Assembly: GCA_024704765.1 (NCBI GenBank)
Contig: JAKMXF010000312.1
Span: 260,208 to 324,207 of the forward strand
DNA length: 64,000 nt
Direction of reading: 5' to 3'
Source: Oopsacas minuta
Taxonomy: Eukaryota > Animalia > Porifera
Shown: positions 12,146 to 23,259 of the stretch, one piece after another
Position numbering within the stretch: the stretch's first letter is position 1
Layout of the letters: every line of letters starts with the position of its first letter
Notes under the pieces: generated by a model
The model's database searches: none
Told to the model about the DNA's origin: nothing
Seen by the model: the letters and a program-made list of their open reading frames with translations, nothing else
Made by a program: the position numbers and the translations under genes

Positions 12146-13402
12146 CTAGAAAGCTAGGAGATTACATTTCTTGTTCTTTTGAGCTATAATAATTCTATTT
12201 TTCTTGTCTATAGCTACTCCATAGGGATGATAGAACTTCTGATCTCCTGGTAGCATATCACTACTGATAGTGTGTAGGACTTCTCCTTTATTGGAGAATA
12301 TCTTGATTTGATTTCCTTCCCAATCGGCTACGATAATATTCCCCAGTTGATCAATTGAGAAGAAACAACTCCAATCAATCTCACTTTTTTCTATCAAACA
12401 CCTCACTAGCTTTCCTTGTAGAGAGAATATTCGTAGATGGAAAGGAGGAAAGTAACCAAACATGATATACATGTTATCCTCGTACAGTTTTATGCTATAT
12501 GTTAGTGTATCGGATTTAACTTGAGTAGTTTTGAGTTTGATTGTTTTCAGGAATTTGAGATTTTTATCAAACACAATTACTGATTTGTTCTCATGCTCAC
12601 ATCCATAAACATTCATGTTTCTATCAATATCAATTCCAGAGACTATTCTCTCTGTTTTAACCGATTTGATAGAATCATTGCTTGACTTTTCAATCTTTAC
12701 TAGCTCGTCTTTAGTAGATACGAAAATGAATTCATTCATTAGAGCTATTCCAACAGGCCGTTGAGGTGTTGGTATTTTGTAGAGATGGTTACCTTCTCTA
12801 TCGAATACTTGTATTATGTTAGCGTTATAATCAGTAACAAATATATTCTGTGTTTTGTTGTCAATTGCTATTTGCATTGGATGAGCAATCTCACCAGAAC
12901 CTGTTCCTTCTCGGAACCAGACAGGACACAATTTCACAGAATAATCAACTGGGATTATAGGTCTCTCCTTCAGTGCCACAACCTTACACACATCAATCAC
13001 TGATTGTTCCAGCTGTTCCATCTTCCAGTCCAACTCTAGCCACCCCACATTCACACTCCTTGCTACCTCCTCTCTGATCTCATCTTCTAGCGTCCGTAGA
13101 TTCTTCTCGAGTACTTTCTTCAATTTGTTCTTTGTCAGGTCTCTCTCTAGTCCTTCTCTAGCTGTGCACAGTTCCTGGAGGAGCTCTCTCTTCTCATTGA
13201 ACTCTTGTCTCGCTTTCATAACAACCTCATCCATCTCTTGTAACAGACTGTGCTCCCTCACTGCTAACAGACTGTGTAGCTGCTGGAAGTTACTACTCAC
13301 TTTCTCTTTCTCTATCTGCACGTGGTTAGTCAGATCTGTTAGATTCATCTCTAACTCATCTACACACATCAGTTCTCCTACAGCTGCTACTCGCGTCGCC
13401 AT
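12146..13402 (-). CDS. Coiled-coil + NHL-repeat beta-propeller protein (TRIM-NHL-like, no RING/B-box), family A copy 1
   Basis: Intronless, ATG at 13402 (MATRVAAV). Helical N-terminal ~140 aa, then NHL blades (HPMQIAID, IFVTD...[16 protein letters not shown]...IKIFS, HPYGVAID). Confidence 0.88.
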   Translation of the reverse strand: MATRVAAVGELMCVDELEMNLTDLTNHVQIEKEKVSSNFQQLHSLLAVREHSLLQEMDEVVMKARQEFNEKRELLQELCTAREGLERDLTKNKLKKVLEKNLRTLEDEIREEVARSVNVGWLELDWKMEQLEQSVIDVCKVVALKERPIIPVDYSVKLCPVWFREGTGSGEIAHPMQIAIDNKTQNIFVTDYNANIIQVFDREGNHLYKIPTPQRPVGIALMNEFIFVSTKDELVKIEKSSNDSIKSVKTERIVSGIDIDRNMNVYGCEHENKSVIVFDKNLKFLKTIKLKTTQVKSDTLTYSIKLYEDNMYIMFGYFPPFHLRIFSLQGKLVRCLIEKSEIDWSCFFSIDQLGNIIVADWEGNQIKIFSNKGEVLHTISSDMLPGDQKFYHPYGVAIDKKNRIIIAQKNKKCNLLAF

Positions 13403-13593
13403 AACTCTTAACTCAAACGTATATTCTATAACTTTTAACTCTATCAATATACCTAACACAATACATACAGTGCTTTTATATGAATCTAATTATACTCAAT
13501 AGTCATTTGTATTAACAGATAGAATTACAATTCAGAAATGTTTATATGAATATATTAACACTTGTGATTATTCTATTAATAACTCATTCTAAT

Positions 13594-16500
13594 TTATACA
13601 CATTTAAATTTGGGTCTGGGTTGAATATCAGAGTCTCCATGTGCATAAGAACAGTTATCAATCATAATCGGGCAGCCCTGTGGATGATTCATATGAAACC
13701 AACAGAGTTTAGTCTTTAAGAGTTGAGAAGTATTATCAGTGACAGATCTCTCTTCTTCTTCTCTCCAGTCACGAAGCTGGACACTTCCACCATGAACTAT
13801 ATGGATAATACAGGAGAACTAGGATAAGGCGAACTCCATTGGGAAATAAAATTGTGTACGCTTCTATGAATATTCTTAATTAGCATAAAATTCGAAATCC
13901 TAAGCGGAATACAGGGCTCGCAACTCTCCTCGCTTGTCAAACTATTTTGCGTTTGCACATACAACAAAATCTCTACTAATATAATTCATAAGTGTAACGA
14001 TTAAATTCTGACATTTTTCACGAATCTACGATTTCGAAACTTCCCAGGGGTTGAGAACTCTGCGAATATGTTTACTTCTGAGTTCTCAAATGGGTACATT
14101 CACTCTAGGGGGCTATATTGGCCTCATTCTCAAAATTCACCAACACTAGTGGTTATGATATTTACAAAAACAAGTCAAATAATTGTCCTTTATTCGAATT
14201 AAAATTATTAAATTCGGCTAACTAAAGAAATATTTAGAATCAGATATCTGTGAGATATCTAGGTTTCCTTTAGAGGGAATATTCTTAAAAAATGTGACAG
14301 CTTTCTCGCTCAATTTATCTCCGTAAACACTTAGAAAATGACTTGCTAGATCTTCAAGAATTGGTTGGGAGTGGAGGAGAATAAACTGGTCCCTTAGAAT
14401 TCTTCCCATGGCATCTACAGTTGATGCATGCGTCCAATAACTGTCGTGTATCGACACAAATGTTACACCTTCCCGTTGGCAGTTTAGAGAAGTCAGCATC
14501 ATGTGGCACGAGTCAAGGGAATGGATGAAATTAGGCGGGAAACCACTCCGTTGTCTAGTAACATTCGGTTTTTTCGTCCATTCAGAGCTGTATGTTATGC
14601 TTAACGATTTCTGGAGTTTCGTGGTTATCCGTTTACTAAATGACTTATGATAGGGCTGTATACAAATTAATCCCATTGGGGTCATCCACTCAACTGGGGA
14701 TTCTCTAGCTATAATACTCGCAGATTGTGCAAACCAATTTTGAATCCCTTTCGCATTTTGGAACATTTCTGCCATAGATTTATTCAGGAGTTTTACTATG
14801 TAAGTGCTTGTATCAAATAGTTCACTTCTCTCCCAATTAGTCAATTCTTTTAATTGAGCCTCAACTTGTAGTCTAGCACCTATAAAAGTAACGCCGTATA
14901 CCTCAGTCATAACCGGCTGTTTGACAACTTTACGTGAGATTAGCCCTTCTAATTTCTGGGCGACAAGGGAGCCATCTTTCGCGTCCTGACTTCTGAACTT
15001 CTCCACATGATTAGCGACCTCTGTGTAGACATCAGCTGGTACGATAGAGGGTATAAGATTCACACTTTGTGCTCCAATAGGATCTCTTCCTAGTGCGGCA
15101 TAATGCTGCAGACCATTACAACTACCATCTTGGTGGATTGGAATGTTCGAGACGAAATTTTCAGGATCCCCTGACGAAATAGCGTCTCTTATCTCTTTGC
15201 AGACCGCCAGCACCTGCCAGGGCTCATCCTTGTCTTTCCACCAGCCCCTTCCATCCATCGGATTATCAGCTGATTCAATAATCTCGTCAATTAATACGTT
15301 AGCTGCACTGAGCCTCTCCTGTAATGAAGTTCGTTTATAGAGGCCGGTCAGGTTAATTAGGTGGATTTTTAACCAGTCCAGCCCCTTCGGCCCCAGAGGC
15401 TTACCGACCGCGAATTTCATGATCCCCCTCTGGACATCGTCCCCCATGTGTGAAAGGGTAGGAGACATCGGGTAGGCTCGTCCTCTAAAGTCTAGATAAT
15501 GAGGCAGCCAGAAAATTCGGTCCCTAAAAGTATCAGCTACTGATAATCTATACAGCAAATCCATATATAAGGAATAAGCTTCTGTGTTAGCTTTCTTTTC
15601 TTGTAAATGAGAAGATTTCAGTTTGAAATATTCATTTGGACTTAGCTTTGGACTCCATTCTGGAGAATTTTCGAGTTTTTCTGGGATTTTAGCAACGCCG
15701 AGTTCATCAGAGCCTCCAGCTCTGAATATTTTTATGACGTTATCTAGAATTGGCTTGTTTATCCTCCAAGGACAGTCCCCCAGATAATTAAGGGCATCAA
15801 ACACCCCTCTCAGCTTCCCATTGTCACCTATTATCTCTTGGTGGTGTCCTCCCTCCGTGACACGGACCAGGAATGTCGGTAGACCAAGTAGTCCCCCGTC
15901 TCTGATAGAACACCAAGGTTTAGGAGGGATTAAAGTTGGCAGAGCGATAGCTGGGATCCGAATAGTAGCTTTATTCACTCTACTAGCGTTTCTAAAGAAT
16001 CTCACCAGCTTTTCGTTGGGGTATATAGTTGCTGGCTCTTTGACCCCCTTCAGACGTAGGTAGTAGAATGGTTTTCCTGTCTTGATCTCTGGGTCAATAT
16101 CCAAACGGGGCATACTCAGAGTATTCACAAATAAATACAATAAATGGAAGCCTATGCTATCTATCACACGATGTGGCCATATCGCATAATGTATGTCTAG
16201 TGAGTTAGAATGCTGTTGTATTACTTGCTGCCAGTATTCACGTGATGAGTAATTACTGGAAATAGCGGAGTTTGTGAATATACGGCAATAGTCATTATAC
16301 ATAGCTGATAAATCCGTGAATAAACCAGTTTTATCTTTCTTATTGATGACGTATCGATGCCAAGCGGCTTCGCCAATCACATTATTGAGTTGGAAAGTGG
16401 ACAAGCCATTAACACCTAGAGATAGAAGTGGCAGTGCCACTTGATGTATCATAATTTCAGCCCAGGTTTCTGGTGGTAACAGACAAAGGAAAAGGGTGTC

Positions 16501-19500
16501 TCTTGGTAGTACAGGGCCTGTTCTCCCTTGCGTGTCCAGCTGGGGGAGATCTAACTCACTAAGGAGTAGGGTTTGTTCCTCTTTGATTGCTTTGATTAAC
16601 TCATTTTTCCAATTTTGGATTGTTTCCTGCAATGCTTTGAATTTTGATATTCTCATTTCTAACATAACCTTACTTTTAGCGGCTGAATACGGGGGAGCTA
16701 CTGATGTAATATCAGAGTAGCCAGCACGTTCTGTTTGTAATTGTTCATCTAAACAGTTGGATAATTCAGTGAATGATAAAATATCATTGAGAGGGGGGAT
16801 TTTATTTCTAGAAAATTCATTCCTTTCTTCAGAGTATAATTCGGTGAGCATAGAAGGGAGCGGACCCTCTCTTTGAGGGGGATACTTCTGTGTCAAGGTG
16901 GGAGCAACTCTCTTCAGGGTATCTGTAACTATTCTAGCTTGATGTGGAGTTAGTCTACTTTTCTTCACAATATACTCAGGTTCAAAACCTCCTTCTTTCA
17001 TTTGAGTAAGAGTTTCCTGAATTTCCTCATATTGGTAATGTTTGGAGTGAAAATATATTTTACAAGAATAACTATCCTGATTTATGATTTTATTCTCGCT
17101 AGCTAATTCCCAAGCTCTCATGAACTTGTCGTTATCTCCCTGACGACTAGATTCGACCCAAGCCCAGAGTAATCCGTTTATAGTGTCAGGAAATAGTTTG
17201 ATTCTACTTTGCTGACAAGACAGAACGATATCCCAAGCAGCTTCCAATTTCCCTAGAGTCACCAGAGCGTCCAAAACACATACCAAATGCTTCTCACTGT
17301 AGACAGGATACTGACCCAGTTTGTTTCGTGGTTTGGTGTCTACCATTCGTTTGGAGAGATATTCTGAAACTTTTGACATCTTAATTAAATTAAATTTTGG
17401 TGGAATTTCTTTCTCTTTTTTACTTTTACTAATTTCTGCTGCATTTTGTAACCGTTTATTAACGTTAGTCCATAAAACTGTGTCAGCGGACACTTTGGTT
17501 TGTAAATAGCATTTATGATAAATGAGATTATCAAATTTTCTAAGATAAGACAACCGAAATACGAATCTGGAATGTGAAGATAAGTGTGCTAATTGGACTA
17601 TCATGAACTGAATTTGTAAAATAACAACAAAACACTGCCAAATAAAGTATTCGGATGATTCGTGAATGTATGATATGGGTGTGTAACAAAGGTATTAATT
17701 ATAGAATTGTAGAAATGCAATATCTATGGGTAATTAATAATTATGTTTCACCTGAAAATATTTGATGATGGTTCTTTAGGAGAGTTTGTAAACCGCCGTG
17801 CTCATTCTTAAGTTTAACTAACAGATCTTTTGTGAATAATCCTACTATCTCTTTCATAGACATCTTGCCTGATATAGGAGAATATACATTAGACACTGAA
17901 TATAAGAACCTTGTTGGGAGTAGCAATACATGTCCTCATAACTGACATAAAAGACTGCAGAATATATGAGAACAGCTTTTCAGCGGACAGTTCTTATAAC
18001 CGGTATCCACTGTAATAGAGTTTTACGTTAAATAATTTTCTCGAAGCTGCTTGGGGAATATTACTACTATAAATAGAAAGAAATCCAGTTTCAGTTTCAG
18101 TTTCAGTTTCAGTTTCAATTGAAAATGGCTTTTACTTTAATTTCAATTTCCCCCCCAAAAATTGTTACAATTTATAATATTACCTCCTCTATTCCACTCG
18201 CCTCCAGCGCTGTTATCACCTCTCTTAATTAGATTAGTAGCCACAAGATCAACAACTTCCGTCTGGAGTTGTCTAGGCTGTTTACTGCAATTCCTAACCT
18301 CCTGTACATTTCTAGGTAGGAATACTGTATCTATGCATTCATGATTCATTTTAGACCTCTTAGGAGGAATATCTGGTAACGAAGGCTCAGGCCTTGATTT
18401 GAGGTACTTTGTCCTCAATTTATCAATTCGAGAAGTTTCCTCTTTCGAGTAAGTCCTCGTTCTTCCTATTTGGCAAACCTACAAAGATCAGAGATCTATC
18501 ACATAGCTCATAAATGTCCTCACAATTATTATACTTATATGAAATAATTGACACCTTTTTGGTAGAAGGGATTCTCAGAATATCTTGCTCAACTTTGAAT
18601 CCACAAACCTCCCCTACTTCTCTAATAAAGTTCAAATAACTTCTGTATACACTTAAACTACCTTCTCTCTTGCTGAACTATAAGATTAGAATGTTTTCTA
18701 AAATTATGTGTATATTTTTCGTTTGTTTGTTTGTTTGTTTGTTTACCTTTGAATAGAAGTCATAAGCACAACAAGGAATAACACAATATTTCATCTCATA
18801 ACAAGACCTAACAATAATGAACAGATAAATAATACCCATCAAGGAGACAAACACATACCTTGAAGCAATAAATGGTATCCAAGGGGTAAGCTCATCGGAA
18901 TGGTTACCTATTACCCAATCAATTTCTGAGTTAAATGTGGCATCTACAGAGGGGATAAATGTGTCTTGCTAAACAAATACAAACAATATATGAAATATGA
19001 AAATAGAAATAATCACAAAATTAGTATACAAGAAGTATAAGAAAGTCTATTGTTACTAAAAATAGATTTGATTAAAATAGATAGTAACTTAATACTTGAG
19101 ACTATTATGAGTAGAATAATTATTAATAAGAATTATACTATCAGATTAATATTAGTAAAGTGATTGAGTTAAGAGTTATGGCGACACGAGTAGCAGCTGT
19201 AGGAGAACTGATGTGTGTAGATGAGTTAGAGGGGAATCTAACAGATCTGACTAACCACGTGCAGATAGAGAAAGAGAAAGTGAGTAATAACTTCCAGCAG
19301 TTACACAGTCTGTTAGTAGTGAGGGAGCACAGTCTGTTACAAGAGATGGATGAGGTTGTTATGAGAGCGAGACAAGAGTTCAATGAGAAGAGAGGGCTCC
19401 TCCAGGAACTGTACACAGCCAGCGAAGACCTAGAGAGAGACCTGACAAGGAACAAATTGAGGAAAGTACTCGAGAAGAATCTACGAACGATAGAAGATGA

Positions 19501-22500
19501 GATCAGAGAGGAGGTAGCAAGGAGTGTGAATGTGGGGTGGGTCGAGTTGGATTGGAAGATGGAACAGCTGGAACAATCAGTGATTGATGTGTGTAAGGTT
19601 GTGGCACTGAAGGAGAGACCTATAATCCCAGTTGATTATTCTGTTAAATTGTGTCCTGTCTGGTCCCGAGAAGGAACAGGTTCTGGTGAGATTGCTAATC
19701 CCAGGCAAATAGCAATTGACAACAAAACACAGAATATATTTGTTGCTGATTATATCGCTAACATAATACAAGTATTCGATAGAGAAGGTAACCATCTCTA
19801 CAAAATACCAACACCTCAATGGCCTATTGGAATAGCTCTAATGAATGAGTTCATTTTCGTATCTGCTGAAGACGAGCTAGTAAAGATAGAAAGGTCAAGT
19901 CATGATTCTATCAAATCGGTTAAAACAGAGAGAAGAGTCTGGGGAATTGATATTGATAGAAACATGAATGTTTATGGATGTGAGCTTAAGAACAAATCAG
20001 TAATTGTGTTTGATAAAGATCTCAAATTCCTGAAAAGAATCAAACTCAAAACTACTCAAGTTGAATCCAATACAAAAACAAATAGCATAAAACTGTACGA
20101 GGATAACATGTATGTCATGTTTGGTATGTATCCTCCTTTCCATCTACAAATATTCTCTCTAGGAGGAGAGCTAGTGAGGTGTTTGATAGAAGAAAGTGAG
20201 ATCAGTTGGAGTGATTTCTTCTCAATTGATCAACTGGGGAATATTATCGTAGCCGATTGGGGAGGAAATCAAATCAAGATATTCTCCAATAAAGGAGAAG
20301 TCCTACACACTATCAGTAGTGATATGCTACCAGGAGATCAGAACTTATATGGTCCCTATGGAGTAGCAATTAACAAGAGGAATAGAATTATTATAGCTCA
20401 AGAGAACAAGGAGTGTAATCTCCTAGCTTTCTGAATTCTCCAAGTACACATATTTCCTTATTTCTTATACACTTTATCTTTCGTATAATTATCTATTCAA
20501 ATGTTCAGTAATTATTATTAGTTATTACCTCAATATGCGTATTATCTCCGTATAGACGCCATATCTTCCTCTTCCTCATATCCACACCTTTCCCAGGATG
20601 CTATAAAAGGATAATACAGTAAACTCTCGTCATAACGAAGTGCTCAGCCCCAGGTTCATTTCGCTAAGTAAAATCAATTACTTTCAAGCTATAAGGTGTA
20701 GGTGTTATAACCGGAGTTTACTCATATCAAACTTGGCTATAACAGGAATTTGCTATAATGAAACAATATATTCGTGACGTAGCATTTCGCTTACCCCTTC
20801 ACTGTTAAGAATATGAGTTAAGAGACCGTTTCCACACCCTAGATCAAAGAAATATTGCATTTTATCTTTTCCGTTTTCTCTTCGCTCTTTCCGCCACAAA
20901 ACTATCAAATAGGAAGCAATTCCGATATCTTCACAGACGAATTTTATCGGGTCAGTAGATTCAGGCCAAATCTATACAAATCAAGGTAATTGTAAAAATA
21001 GAATTTTAAAATATTCTAAACTAACGAACCTTAATAAAATCGTGTGCATACTTCCCTTTGAGTCTCAAATAAACCTCTGAATACTCCTCTAGGTTAATCA
21101 GCTGTTGAGTAGGCAGTCCACATGTGCCAACTGATCCAATAGACTCCTCTCCCCATCTCACCTATCCATTCAATTAATAGATGTTATTCCGAATAATGGA
21201 CAATTCAAATTTTCACCTACTTAACTATGATCCATAGTGTTATATGTAATTAATTGTTGGCAAGGGTATTTACACATATTTGTACTTTAATATATCTTAC
21301 TATTCTTGGCAAAAGAGTATCAGAGAGCCAGCTGATGGTAGATAACAGCTGATTGCTAGACACAAAATCAGGTGTTGATTGAGAAATGAAATCCTGAGTC
21401 AGACAATACAAATGTATCCTAAAAGATACTATTTATAGATCAAACTATTTGTTAAAATTTATTATATTTTAAAGTCAAAAATATGCAAATTTTCGAAATT
21501 TTTATTGAATTATCCATGGAATGAATATTTCAAAAATTTTGAGATAAGTAGAGTAAGTTATGTAATTAATGGTTGCTAGGATGTGGAATAGGAATGTTTA
21601 AAAGTCTGAATAATTCATAGAATGAACAGGTCACGATTCTACCTGACACCTAGCATAACTATTTACTCACGAGGCTTAACACGAGCCAAAATAAGTAAAA
21701 ACACGATGATAGCGACAAGAACTATGTTGGAGGTCTCTTTGTGAAGGGACGATGAATCATAGTACATATTTATTAGTAATGATTACACAAGGAATATCAG
21801 TACAGAGAGTAGATTATGTCTGAGATTAAAAGACAGTCATGTGAACTTTAGGGAGAGTATCTAACAGACAATTATTTTCTAGAAATCGCCAGATATCACT
21901 TGGCACTGCCATAACTGACAATCTACAGAATATTAGTAGAACTCAGATTTTCAAAATACCTTTGTGTTACCAAAATATGTGTTGTTCTCGCCTATGATAA
22001 CAAATCAGATTGCGGAAAAGGTAAGATGGAATGTTCTATTTTCGCCAGGACATGCGGTTAATTTGTGAGAAGTATAATGTAGCAATCTACCAACTCTTAC
22101 CTTGAATCTAGTTCAGAATCTGAACAGAAGAATACAAACTTGTAAGAGAATTGAGTCAGGAAGTGCTCGCTGTGACAAATATCACTTGATAATGGAATAA
22201 ATGTTACGCTATCTCCTTCCTTATCTAAAGAGAGAATTTACACAATAGTTCAGGGACGGACTGGATCAAAAATTCGGATCAAGAAATATATTAACACATA
22301 TATCAAAACGAAAAATTATTTTTGTTGTCTGCAGAATTTATTGAAGAACTGTTAGGAGCTTTCAATGTGCTTTATCTTGGAAAAATAAGACCTAAGAGAT
22401 ATCTGAAAAAATATTGGTCTGGGCGGAGAGACCCTATAACTAAGCTCATCGACCCATCGGCGCATCGGGAAACCTCCCGATCGACAATAATTAGTGAGGT

Positions 22501-23259
22501 GAGGTAATTGGTAAATATATGAAATCATCATAGTCTAAATTAGAATGAATTGTCACTTATTTTGTTACTAATTTTAGAATGTAACGAATTCAATAGAGAA
22601 TACTTAAATATTGAATATTGGCAAATAATAATCGTAGCCGCAAAGTGTAATCATATGTTTGACGTTAATCTAATTAACGCGTAAGTAACAAACAGGCAAA
22701 TAAGAATTTAAATACATTGCATGATCCATGGGAGCGGTTCCCCCAACCTGAGATTCATGTCCCCCTTGGTGGTCTACGATCCACGGACGACAGCAAGGGG
22801 TCTACAGGATCTCAAAATTTGTTTGTAGTATACAGGAGGGTTCATAGAATGTGAGACCACGGGTGAAATGGTTGGGAACAACTGATCCATGAGATAAGGC
22901 CAGAAGGACCTTTCTCAAACAGGTTACCTTCATCGAATTATTGAATACACGCAATTCAGCATGAATTTCAACACTTGCTTACCCGTTATAACAAACTCTT
23001 CTCTCGGTGTATAATGCTTTATTTTAGGGAGTAATCTTCTACACACAATATCAAACTTCCCCCAAACTCTATCCACCAAATAATCAACCTCTTCTCTCTT
23101 ATAATTACTAGCTAACAGTTCTACATCCTCACGGGTCTCAATGTCTAGAGTAATAGCACCTAGGAATCGCGGGCTAGCTATTTGAGGACGAGTTATCCAC
23201 ACATCCAGCGCACTGAAATAATCTTCTCGCCTTAGCCCCGGTGATGAAACTTCACTCAC
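13594..23259 (-). CDS. TRMT44: tRNA (uracil-2'-O)-methyltransferase TRMT44, about 11 exons; start codon uncertain
   Basis: Collinear exons: [14 protein letters not shown] (~22983-23259); DSVTFIPL (~22101-22224); [12 protein letters not shown]; [14 protein letters not shown]; [22 protein letters not shown]...[18 protein letters not shown] (~20790-20960); [14 protein letters not shown] (20529-20600); [16 protein letters not shown] (18859-18968); PCCAYDF; LRIPSTKK; [16 protein letters not shown] (to 17752); last exon VQLRDW...[16 protein letters not shown]...CSYAHG* (13594-13796). Confidence 0.92.
14218..17604 (-). CDS. POLRMT: Mitochondrial DNA-directed RNA polymerase (T7-like single subunit), intronless, nested in TRMT44 last intron
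   Basis: 1128 aa. Motifs [57 protein letters not shown] and [13 protein letters not shown]; long N-terminal extension. Confidence 0.97.
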   Translation of the reverse strand: MIVQLAHLSSHSRFVFRLSYLRKFDNLIYHKCYLQTKVSADTVLWTNVNKRLQNAAEISKSKKEKEIPPKFNLIKMSKVSEYLSKRMVDTKPRNKLGQYPVYSEKHLVCVLDALVTLGKLEAAWDIVLSCQQSRIKLFPDTINGLLWAWVESSRQGDNDKFMRAWELASENKIINQDSYSCKIYFHSKHYQYEEIQETLTQMKEGGFEPEYIVKKSRLTPHQARIVTDTLKRVAPTLTQKYPPQREGPLPSMLTELYSEERNEFSRNKIPPLNDILSFTELSNCLDEQLQTERAGYSDITSVAPPYSAAKSKVMLEMRISKFKALQETIQNWKNELIKAIKEEQTLLLSELDLPQLDTQGRTGPVLPRDTLFLCLLPPETWAEIMIHQVALPLLSLGVNGLSTFQLNNVIGEAAWHRYVINKKDKTGLFTDLSAMYNDYCRIFTNSAISSNYSSREYWQQVIQQHSNSLDIHYAIWPHRVIDSIGFHLLYLFVNTLSMPRLDIDPEIKTGKPFYYLRLKGVKEPATIYPNEKLVRFFRNASRVNKATIRIPAIALPTLIPPKPWCSIRDGGLLGLPTFLVRVTEGGHHQEIIGDNGKLRGVFDALNYLGDCPWRINKPILDNVIKIFRAGGSDELGVAKIPEKLENSPEWSPKLSPNEYFKLKSSHLQEKKANTEAYSLYMDLLYRLSVADTFRDRIFWLPHYLDFRGRAYPMSPTLSHMGDDVQRGIMKFAVGKPLGPKGLDWLKIHLINLTGLYKRTSLQERLSAANVLIDEIIESADNPMDGRGWWKDKDEPWQVLAVCKEIRDAISSGDPENFVSNIPIHQDGSCNGLQHYAALGRDPIGAQSVNLIPSIVPADVYTEVANHVEKFRSQDAKDGSLVAQKLEGLISRKVVKQPVMTEVYGVTFIGARLQVEAQLKELTNWERSELFDTSTYIVKLLNKSMAEMFQNAKGIQNWFAQSASIIARESPVEWMTPMGLICIQPYHKSFSKRITTKLQKSLSITYSSEWTKKPNVTRQRSGFPPNFIHSLDSCHMMLTSLNCQREGVTFVSIHDSYWTHASTVDAMGRILRDQFILLHSQPILEDLASHFLSVYGDKLSEKAVTFFKNIPSKGNLDISQISDSKYFFS
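18088..18117 (+). repeat. Short tandem repeat (AGTTTC)x5 in a TRMT44 intron
   Basis: cagtttcagtttcagtttcagtttcagtttca, with no spacers. Confidence 0.85.
19178..20434 (+). CDS. Coiled-coil + NHL-repeat protein, family A copy 2, antisense in a TRMT44 intron
   Basis: Intact intronless ORF, about 88% aa identical to copy 1 by manual count. Lies within TRMT44 intron 18969-20528. Confidence 0.88.
   Translation: MATRVAAVGELMCVDELEGNLTDLTNHVQIEKEKVSNNFQQLHSLLVVREHSLLQEMDEVVMRARQEFNEKRGLLQELYTASEDLERDLTRNKLRKVLEKNLRTIEDEIREEVARSVNVGWVELDWKMEQLEQSVIDVCKVVALKERPIIPVDYSVKLCPVWSREGTGSGEIANPRQIAIDNKTQNIFVADYIANIIQVFDREGNHLYKIPTPQWPIGIALMNEFIFVSAEDELVKIERSSHDSIKSVKTERRVWGIDIDRNMNVYGCELKNKSVIVFDKDLKFLKRIKLKTTQVESNTKTNSIKLYEDNMYVMFGMYPPFHLQIFSLGGELVRCLIEESEISWSDFFSIDQLGNIIVADWGGNQIKIFSNKGEVLHTISSDMLPGDQNLYGPYGVAINKRNRIIIAQENKECNLLAF
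20617..20724. mobile_element. Tigger-like MITE, family T2 (related 37441-37563, and starts at ~45765 and ~55603)
   Basis: tacagtaaactctcgt(c/t)ataacgaagtgct terminus occurs four times; the other end is gttataaccggagtttact. Confidence 0.65.

Noticed and set aside
12761-13502. Antisense ORFs repeated in all three NHL-A copies (also 19141-19819 and 35747-36431)
   Set aside because: They are shadows of near-identical sense CDSs, with no independent motif or conservation evidence.
14218-17604. Phage T7-like polymerase as a viral or horizontally acquired gene
   Set aside because: Length, N-terminal extension and motifs fit ordinary nuclear-encoded POLRMT; no viral genes adjoin it.
17590-17752. 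TRMT44-POLRMT fusion via the acceptor 3 nt before the POLRMT ATG
   Set aside because: Joining the phase-1 donor at 17752 to that AG puts POLRMT out of frame and reaches a stop after about 21 codons.
18088-18745. Repeat arrays (AGTTTC)n and (GTTT)n, also (AAAC)n at ~52500, as possible CRISPR-like arrays
   Set aside because: Simple microsatellites with no spacers, in a eukaryotic context with no cas genes.
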